64,000 nt of DNA, taken from the NCBI GenBank assembly GCA_963718525.1, contig OY970355.1, positions 3,200,001-3,264,000 on the forward strand, given 5' to 3'. Position numbers and translations under genes: made by a program. The notes beneath the pieces were generated by a model. That model saw only the letters and a program-made list of their open reading frames with translations, ran no database searches and was not told where the DNA came from. Position 1 is the first letter of the stretch. Every line of letters starts with the position of its first letter. Below are positions 57,217-64,000 of this stretch, piece after piece. Origin of the DNA: Candidatus Dormiibacterota bacterium. GTDB taxonomy: Bacteria > Chloroflexota > Dormibacteria > Aeolococcales > Aeolococcaceae.

Positions 57217-58542
57217 TCACGTGCCGGCCGGACTCACCTGCACGCTCACGGGAACCCAGGTCCGGCCCCCGTCGGTCGTCTGCAGCAGGACGTCGCCGTT
57301 GCCTGCGAAGGTATCTGTGTCTGTCCACCCCAGCGTCGGGCTGACGAACTCCAGGATCGATCCGTTGAGCTGAGTGCCTCCAGCGGGGATGGCGCCACCG
57401 TCCAGGGCGCGAAGAGTCGCCCACGTGTGCCCGCCGTCATGAGTGACATAAAGGCCGGCCGCATAGCCGGCGTTCATGGTGTCCGAACTGAGAAGCCATC
57501 CGTCTTTGCTGCCGATGAAGTCGACCGCGTGAGGCCAGTCCCCGGGCGCAGCGTGCGGAATCCAGTTCTTCCCGCCGTCGTCGGTCACGTAGACAATGAC
57601 CGACTCCGGAGACGGCACGGTCCCCACCATCACTCCGTCCAGGCTGGTGATGAAGGTGGGGCTCTCCAACCCCAGGTATGGGGTGCTGAGGAGCGGGATC
57701 CGCTGCGGAGCCCACGTGGCGCCGCCGTCGTGTGTGACCTCGAACTGGGCGGCGGCACAGCCTCCGCCGGTGAGCCACCCGGTGGTGGGGCTGATGAAGG
57801 TCGCGGTGGGCTGTGCGAAGCACGTTGACGACGCCGGCCCGAGATGAGCCACCTCCATCCAGTGAGTCCCTCCGTCGAACGTGCGGAAGAGGGTCGTTCC
57901 CAGGCTCGCAGCCGTATCGTCCTCGTTCGCGGAAAGCCAGCCGTCGTCGCGGTTGACGAAATCGAGGGCGCCCTGCCACGACGAGCCTGGGTCCTGCACG
58001 ACGCTGAAGCTGCCACCCCGCGACCAGCGCGACCCTCGGTCGTCGGTCGCCCACGAGATGAATGTCATGGTCACCGCTGGTGCGTCTGCATTGGACGAGA
58101 GGCCACCGGCAGTGAGGACTCGGGCGCTATCAGCGTTGACGAATGCGACGGCCACGATCTGCTGTCCGACAGGGAGTTGCGGGGTGGCAACCAACCAATG
58201 GTGCACTCCGCGGGTCGTGTGGAGAACGGCGCCGTCCAGACTCCGCTGCGCCCATCCCGTGTCTGCTGTGAACATCGTCAGGCCGTCGATGGAATTTGCC
58301 GGGGGCCGGGGCGAGGTCGGGTACACGTAGGGCACCGGAGTGCTCGAGTTGGCAGGCGTCGGGGTGGCGGGTGCGGTCGTGATCGGCGACGTAAGGGGTG
58401 TGTGGTTAGGATGTGCGGCGGTTGGCGTGCACGCGGCGAGCTCCAGAGCGGCACACGTCGCGATAAGGCCGAATCTGATCGGCATCACCAACGTCGCTCG
58501 AGCTGTCGTCTTCGCGCGGATGGACCGAGGTGCGTCGATCAT
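57217..58542 (-). CDS. Ycf48/BNR-repeat beta-propeller lipoprotein
   Basis: LAAC lipobox; repeats F....GW, T.DGG.TW (TFDGGTHW, THDGGATW, TDDGGKNW, THDGGHTW, TTDGGRTW). Confidence 0.82.
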   Translation of the reverse strand: MIDAPRSIRAKTTARATLVMPIRFGLIATCAALELAACTPTAAHPNHTPLTSPITTAPATPTPANSSTPVPYVYPTSPRPPANSIDGLTMFTADTGWAQRSLDGAVLHTTRGVHHWLVATPQLPVGQQIVAVAFVNADSARVLTAGGLSSNADAPAVTMTFISWATDDRGSRWSRGGSFSVVQDPGSSWQGALDFVNRDDGWLSANEDDTAASLGTTLFRTFDGGTHWMEVAHLGPASSTCFAQPTATFISPTTGWLTGGGCAAAQFEVTHDGGATWAPQRIPLLSTPYLGLESPTFITSLDGVMVGTVPSPESVIVYVTDDGGKNWIPHAAPGDWPHAVDFIGSKDGWLLSSDTMNAGYAAGLYVTHDGGHTWATLRALDGGAIPAGGTQLNGSILEFVSPTLGWTDTDTFAGNGDVLLQTTDGGRTWVPVSVQVSPAGT

Positions 58543-59961
58543 GAGACCACGCTCAACGTCGCCGACGCTTGCGGGCCTGGTGTGCCATCCGTATCGAGAT
58601 GCCAATTGAGGCTGTGTCCCCCTGCCGTGAGACCTTCGGCCGTCATCTCCATTGCGAAGCTCTCGCTTCCTCGAGCTGGTATTGGACGAGCGGCCCCACA
58701 GTTAAGTTCAAACGAGAAGTACTGGCTCTTCGTCGAGTTCGACTTGTTGGTAGTAGCCTCGACATGGATCCAGTGTGATCGGCTCTGACGTGGCGTTGGA
58801 AAGCGTGATGACGTATGTGAAGACCGAGCCCGACATCACTGAGTTGGGCGCGCTGATGGTTGCGGCGAGTTGCAACAGGGGGTCGCGAGGGTACACCGGC
58901 TGGGTGGCCGCGGTAGCGAGCTCCGTCACCGTAACGCCGCATTGCGCAGAGACGCCCAGGGGGATCTGGCTATCGGGAGGTTTTGTCCCGGTCAAGGTCG
59001 TGGTGAACGAGCCACCGCCGGGTAGCGTCACTGCCAGGTGCTGATATGGGGGAGGCGGCGGACCCGTGTCGCATGCATCGCTGAAGCCGACGAAAAAGTG
59101 AGCAGTTGCACTAGGATCGAGGTCCGCTGCGGGGCTACGTTCATCCCAAAAGCCGCCCGCGGTCGCCGCGAGCGTGCGCTCTCCTGGTTGACTGAGCACC
59201 ACTCGGGGGTAGCCTCCCGTCAGGCAGGCATGTGATGTGCGATTGGTGAAGGCGAACATCACCGCCTCGTTCCCTGTGGCGCCTCCAGTGGTGATGGGTT
59301 GCGCCTTGAGGTCGTTGAAGGTGCATCGAGGCACTGGGGTAGCGGTTGGGATCGGAAGAGGGGTCGCCAGATACGCTTGGTACGGCAGGGGCGCCCACGG
59401 CACCGTGGCGGGCGATTGGACACGCTCGGGATAACACAAGCTGGTCCTCGTCAGCCCTGGGCCTCCGCAAGGGAGCGGCCGGAGCTCATCCGAGGTGAGA
59501 TCCAATGCTTGGGCGAGATCGGACCACAGTGCCGGCGATCGAGCTTGGCGCGTCGGACCATTGCTGAGGTGCACCTCATCGCATCCGAACACCTGAATCA
59601 CTGCGGTCCAGGTCGGAGACCCCGGCGACACGAACGTGAGGGTGTACGACGTGCCGTAGCTCACTCCCCCGGCGCACACGCTCGGGGCAACCGGCAGGCT
59701 GCGGATGTTGGTTGCGAGGCGCGCGGCGAGTGCCGGGTCGGTGATGGTGCTCTCGAGTGCGGGCAACACCAAGAGTCCCGGAGAGCGAGTGATGTGCACC
59801 TGCGCCTGGTTGACCCCATTGAGCGGAATGAGGCGCGCGTCATTGTGAAAGGCGAGGACCACGACAGCGGTGAAAACGCTCATCAGCACCACCGCACCGA
59901 GACCCATGACTCGGGAGATCCGTCTCACCCGGTGTCCTGTCAACGGTGGCGATGGCTTCAT
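58539..59961 (-). pseudogene. Membrane-anchored DUF4232-like protein with a frameshift near 58740
   Basis: C.....GGATG......TN.....C...GYP core. Frame stops at 58708, but a 1-nt shift continues as ELNCGAARPIPARGSESFAMEM... to a TGA at 58539 that overlaps the next ATG (ATGA). Confidence 0.7.
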
Positions 59962-59983
59962 GGCGGGCGCTGCAGGTCGAGTG

Positions 59984-61324
59984 CTAGGCAAATGCAACCG
60001 GCGACCAACGCGCACCGGCGTCGGTGGTGCGCCAGAGGGCTGAGGCTTGCGTGACCTGGTTGTGGGTGATCACGTAGCCGACTTCGAAGTCGGTGAAGCC
60101 AACCCACACCGCCGCGTTCAACTCCGCGATCGATTGATACGTCCGGCCACCGTTGGCGGTCACGGAGAGCCCCGATCCAGGATCTGCGAGAAAGGCGTGT
60201 TGTGTCGACAGCGCCGCTACCGTGGCGCCGTTGCTGAACAAGCCTCCGATCCCCCCACCTGACGCCCAGGCCAACCCACCGTTGCTCGACACCATCGGCC
60301 CGCCAGAGTTTCCGGTGGCGCAGAAGGCCCAAATGACGGTGGTGGTGACCGGATCGAGGCTGCCGGCAAGATCCGGCTCGCACGCTGAGGCCCCGCGAAC
60401 CCACACCGCGCCGTCGTCGTGAGAGATCAGTTCGAGCCCGGTGCTGCGCATGAAGTACATCGCCCATATCGTGTCGCCGTGGACCCCGATCCTCGGCCAC
60501 CCAACGGGATTACCGGGGGGTGTAATCACCGACCAGGTATCACTTGTGGCGCGCGACCGCATGAGGCGATGAACGCAACCTGTGGCCGTGGAGGGATCGG
60601 TACAGATTTCGAAGACCCCGTATACGTACCCATTCGCCCCCGGCTCAAGCTGGTCGACACCGAGGAGGCTGCCGCCGAGGGTGATCTGATGCCATGCGGC
60701 GCCGCCCGAATGGGTCGCCCACAGTGTGTTGCCGAACACCCAGCCGTTGGAGAGGTCCGCGAAGCGGATATCGCTCACCAACGGTGGGCCAGGAGTCGAT
60801 ACGTTCCCTGCGAGAAAATCGGTGGGCGGCGCCGGAATCCGGTGGAAGGATCCCCCTCCGTCGACGGTGTGCATGATCTCGGAAACGCAACCCGATGCCG
60901 CGCATGCGTTGGTACCGAGCACCCAGAAGGTGCTTTCACTGACCGCGGTAAAGGCTTGGGGTTGAAAACCGCTCAAACCAACGGCTGTCGGCGAGGAAGT
61001 CGGCCCCCTCGTCGTCGGCGACGTGGCCGGCGACGTCAGGGCGACTGGTCCGGTGATGGATCTGGGTCCTGGGTGGAAGATCGCTTGAATGCTCAGAACA
61101 ACGACGGCAGCGATGGCGAGCGCTGCTCCGATTTCTGCCCACAGCGGCCGCCACCGCTGATGAGTCGGCCGGCCGCGCCTCGACCTCACCAGCGGAATCG
61201 ACGAACTGACCGAAGTCTCGGTTATCCCGCGGATGAGGCCGTCCTCCCATCCATCGGGCGGGATGGGTTGCTGGGCAACCAGCTTGCGAAGCAACTCGAT
61301 GAGCTCGTTGTCCGAGTCGATCAT
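59984..61324 (-). CDS. Putative anti-sigma factor with TM helix and Ycf48/BNR propeller
   Basis: ATGA overlap with the ECF stop; N-terminal MIDSDNELIELLR, TM helix, repeats TVDGGGSF, THSGGAAW, TANGGRTY, TTDAGARW. Confidence 0.75.
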   Translation of the reverse strand: MIDSDNELIELLRKLVAQQPIPPDGWEDGLIRGITETSVSSSIPLVRSRRGRPTHQRWRPLWAEIGAALAIAAVVVLSIQAIFHPGPRSITGPVALTSPATSPTTRGPTSSPTAVGLSGFQPQAFTAVSESTFWVLGTNACAASGCVSEIMHTVDGGGSFHRIPAPPTDFLAGNVSTPGPPLVSDIRFADLSNGWVFGNTLWATHSGGAAWHQITLGGSLLGVDQLEPGANGYVYGVFEICTDPSTATGCVHRLMRSRATSDTWSVITPPGNPVGWPRIGVHGDTIWAMYFMRSTGLELISHDDGAVWVRGASACEPDLAGSLDPVTTTVIWAFCATGNSGGPMVSSNGGLAWASGGGIGGLFSNGATVAALSTQHAFLADPGSGLSVTANGGRTYQSIAELNAAVWVGFTDFEVGYVITHNQVTQASALWRTTDAGARWSPVAFA

Positions 61325-61821
61325 GGTGACACCGCGCGGCGCAGCGTCACCAGAGCCCGAGCAATGTGACTGCGCACCGTCCCCGGGCGATTGCCCAGTA
61401 GCTCGGCGCACTCGTCCAGGGTGTATCCGTAGAAGTAGTGGAGTGCGACGGCCGCGCGCTGTTGCCTGCTCAGCCGAGCGTAGGCGCGAGCAAGGTCGAG
61501 GTCTGTTGCTGGACGGACGTCCTGCCACGGCTCGCGATTCGCTGCGCTTTCCGCCAAGCGCATCTGGCGCAGCCTCGTTCGGCGGCGATTGAGGCATTGG
61601 TTGACGCAGACGCGCGTGAGCCAACTCGGCGTCGGGCTCGTGCCGGCGGCCCAGGGCCAACTGCGCCACGCGCTGATCAGGGTCTCTTGCACCGCGTCCT
61701 CCGCTTCGCTCGCGTCTTGCAGGATGGAGAAGGCGATCGAGTACAGTCGCCGCAACTCAACGCGGACGAGATCCTCCATCTCTGCCTCGATGGGTGCCCT
61801 TGGCGTGCCGGTCACATCCAC
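61321..61821 (-). CDS. ECF sigma factor (SigE-like)
   Basis: AEDAVQETL, SWLTRVCVNQC, LSRQQRAAVAL, ECAELLG.RPGTVRSH. Start uncertain. Confidence 0.92.
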   Translation of the reverse strand: MDVTGTPRAPIEAEMEDLVRVELRRLYSIAFSILQDASEAEDAVQETLISAWRSWPWAAGTSPTPSWLTRVCVNQCLNRRRTRLRQMRLAESAANREPWQDVRPATDLDLARAYARLSRQQRAAVALHYFYGYTLDECAELLGNRPGTVRSHIARALVTLRRAVSP

Positions 61822-61885
61822 CAGTACGTTAAACACCGGCAGAAGCCAATCGGTTTACAGGCAAGTCGCGCCAAGGAAGCTGCAC

Positions 61886-62464
61886 ATGGGCAAATCGGAC
61901 CAGCCGAGTCGATCCAAGCTCATGGCGTGGCTGGCAGCCTTTGTCGTCGTGTTCGGCACTGTGTCTTGGCTTATCACCATGGACGTCGGCTTCCACGGCG
62001 TACCGCCCACCCACCCCCCAACCGCCCCATTGGGAGCCCCACCAACACCGTGGGATTGCACGTCCAACCAGTTGGAGGTGGATGGAATCTACAACGAATG
62101 TGCCACGCCGACTTCCGGTAAGCCTTCAAGATGCGACGTGTACGGCCAAATGCTCGACGAGGTGCTCCGGTTTGCCGGCGACAACCAGGCATTCGCGCTC
62201 GAAATCCAAATTGACGGCACCTACGCTGGTCCCGGAAAGTATGACTTGCCACCGTGGCCCCGTCCGCTGGGTGCGACGCCCGATGTGCCAAAGGTAGCCA
62301 TGTTTGCGATCGGCGTGTTTTGGCAGTCGGTCTCGGGCGTCGTAACCGTTACACGCGGCGACGGGCGGGCGGGAACCGTGAATGCCATCCTCCAGACCTC
62401 CAATGGCACCACCGTCGTGCCGGGTCCAACGATCAAGGTCATTGGGGCATGGAGTTGCTCGTGA
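61886..62464 (+). CDS. Membrane-anchored hypothetical protein
   Basis: AAGGA SD, N-terminal TM helix, Pro linker, four Cys. Confidence 0.6.
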   Translation: MGKSDQPSRSKLMAWLAAFVVVFGTVSWLITMDVGFHGVPPTHPPTAPLGAPPTPWDCTSNQLEVDGIYNECATPTSGKPSRCDVYGQMLDEVLRFAGDNQAFALEIQIDGTYAGPGKYDLPPWPRPLGATPDVPKVAMFAIGVFWQSVSGVVTVTRGDGRAGTVNAILQTSNGTTVVPGPTIKVIGAWSCS

Positions 62465-62556
62465 CGGACGCACTGCGCCGACCCTCTCGCGTGTGATGCG
62501 CGTTCAGGCTGCGATCTCACGAGACGTAGTTCACGCGACTTGCACAGGAAACGCCG

Positions 62557-63018
62557 CTACAAGGTCTTCTCCATGAAGATGACCGTCTGCCCATAGAACT
62601 CGCCGCCGCCGGTCGAAACATAACCGCGGCTCGTGTACAGCGAACGGGCCCCGACCTGCTGCTCCGTCGTGTCGAGCAGCAGCGTCTGGAAGCCGAGATC
62701 GCGTGCGCGCTGCTCCAAGGCGTCGAGCATGGCTCGGCCGCGTCCGTGGCGCTGCCAATCGGGATGAACACGCATGCGTTTCAGTTCGGCGCTCCTGGTC
62801 CCTTGGGGTCGCAATCCTCCCATCGCCACTATCCGTCCGTCGACGTCGTCGACGAGAAAATCGCCGCCGGGCTCGATGTAGGCCGCGGCGACGTCATCAA
62901 GGTCTCGGTCGAGCGCTTCACCATCAGGCCCATCGATCAGAGCACCCACCCTGCGGAGAGCGAGCGCGTGAAGGGCTCGAACCTGGTCCGTATCAGAGCT
63001 GCGAAAGGGTCGGATCAA
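62557..63018 (-). CDS. GNAT-family acetyltransferase
   Basis: IVAMGGL, AELKRMRVHPDWQRHGRG, LDTT..Q..ARSLY...GY. Start uncertain. Confidence 0.9.
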   Translation of the reverse strand: MIRPFRSSDTDQVRALHALALRRVGALIDGPDGEALDRDLDDVAAAYIEPGGDFLVDDVDGRIVAMGGLRPQGTRSAELKRMRVHPDWQRHGRGRAMLDALEQRARDLGFQTLLLDTTEQQVGARSLYTSRGYVSTGGGEFYGQTVIFMEKTL

Positions 63019-63132
63019 CGAACGTAACGTAGCGCAAGGCAGACTTCTACGAGCAGTCGGTGGCAGCGCGGAGCCTGGCCGACCACTGAGCCGCATTCCC
63101 CGGATCCTCCAACAAGAACATTCCCAGCTCGA

Positions 63133-63167
63133 TTGACTCCGATCACTCAGTTCTCTAGAGTACTAGA
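63133..63167 (+). promoter_or_regulatory. Promoter and YtrA-type operator
   Basis: TTGACT at 63133; palindrome TCTAG-AGTA-CTAGA (63154-63167) just before ATG 63171. Confidence 0.6.
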
Positions 63168-63170
63168 TAT

Positions 63171-63566
63171 ATGATTGACTTTCGGATCGATGGTGCGTCC
63201 GGCCTCACCACATACGGGCAGATCGTTCAACAGGTCCGGCAGGCCGTGCGGCTCGGCCGCCTGCTTCCCGGGGATCAACTGCCGACCATCAAGGACGTCG
63301 TCGCCAAGCTGGCCATCAATCCGAATACCGTCTTGAAGGCATATCGAGAGCTGGAGGTTCTCGGACTCGTCGACAGCCGGCAAGGCCAGGGCACGTTCAT
63401 TCGCTCGTCGGCCGCTGCGATTCCCAAGGTAACGCAGGCCAATCTCGAGCGAAGTTTCCTTCGCTGGCTCCGTTCCGCTCACGCAGCTGGGCTCGACGTC
63501 GAAAGCATCAAGGCGATCATTGAGGTGACGCTCAACGAGGACGAACGTAACGTTGGGGCTGCATGA
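63171..63566 (+). CDS. GntR-family (YtrA-type) regulator
   Basis: Y.QIVQQV, L.PGDQLPT, INPNTVLKAYRELE, G.GTF. Confidence 0.93.
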   Translation: MIDFRIDGASGLTTYGQIVQQVRQAVRLGRLLPGDQLPTIKDVVAKLAINPNTVLKAYRELEVLGLVDSRQGQGTFIRSSAAAIPKVTQANLERSFLRWLRSAHAAGLDVESIKAIIEVTLNEDERNVGAA

Positions 63567-64000
63567 ACGTCGCCATCGAAGCGACGTGTGTCAGCAAGCG
63601 GTATCGCTCGGCATGGGCCCTGCGTGATTGCTCGCTGAAGATTCCAGCCGGAAGAGTCGTTGCGCTGGTTGGGCCGAACGGTGCCGGGAAAACCACCCTC
63701 CTCCATTTGGCGATGGGTCTTCTGCCACCGACAAGCGGGAGCATCAGCGTGTTCGGGTGGTCGCCCCAGCATCAACCAATGTTGTTACTCCCCCGCGTCG
63801 GGTTCATCGCTCAGGAGCGGCCACTCTATCGACGACTGCGCGCACGCGAGCTCCTGGAGTTCGGCCGGCGTCTCAATCCGCGATGGGACGGCGCCCGAGC
63901 GCAATCGCGGATCGCTCGGTTCGACGTCGACCCGAACCAACGGATCGGCAAGCTCTCTGGCGGCCAGCAGGCTGAGGTGGCGCTGGCGCTGACGCTCTCC
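63563..64000 (+). CDS. ABC transporter ATP-binding protein (runs off the right edge)
   Basis: ATGA overlap with GntR; MNVAIEATCVSKRY...LVGPNGAGKTT...LSGGQQ. Confidence 0.9.
   Translation, partial: MNVAIEATCVSKRYRSAWALRDCSLKIPAGRVVALVGPNGAGKTTLLHLAMGLLPPTSGSISVFGWSPQHQPMLLLPRVGFIAQERPLYRRLRARELLEFGRRLNPRWDGARAQSRIARFDVDPNQRIGKLSGGQQAEVALALTLS

Noticed and set aside
1757-61369. Numerous long antisense or alternate-frame ORFs (e.g. 1757-3037, 20889-22349, 24556-25854, 40944-42617, 60419-61369)
   Set aside because: Arg/Ala/Pro-rich shadows of well-supported genes, expected at this GC content.

Overview
64-kb window from a high-GC (soil-type, Gram-positive-like/Terrabacteria) bacterial chromosome; the taxon cannot be fixed from sequence alone. 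Many genes look leaderless (TANNNT 6-7 nt before the start). Left part: aldo/keto reductase, surface-anchored ice-binding (DUF3494) protein, phospholipase D, phosphoesterase, then a hydroquinone ring-cleavage operon (hapC-hapD-hapE-like) bracketed by a MoxR/CoxD AAA+ ATPase and a CoxE-like VWA protein. Next come two convergent aromatic-amino-acid fusion genes (CM-PDT-ACT-DAHPS and TyrA-PDT), ppc and glycerate-pathway genes. Middle: transporters, beta-propeller lipoproteins, two S51 peptidases, AlkB, SPFH, a diguanylate cyclase, and a block of secreted proteins including two tandem Kelch+Ig paralogues, ending at tRNA-Thr(GGT). Right: ArsR-SRPBCC-RibD operon, degenerate GGDEF, a WYL regulator with a divergent small target, and a 3'-half tRNA-Thr(CGT) remnant (likely att site). 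Beyond that remnant lies a probable island with two ECF sigma/anti-sigma pairs whose outer domains are paralogous to neighbouring exported proteins, and a YtrA-type GntR/ABC operon runs off the end. No CRISPR array, rRNA, integrase or transposase was seen. All family assignments come from motif recognition, not database searches.
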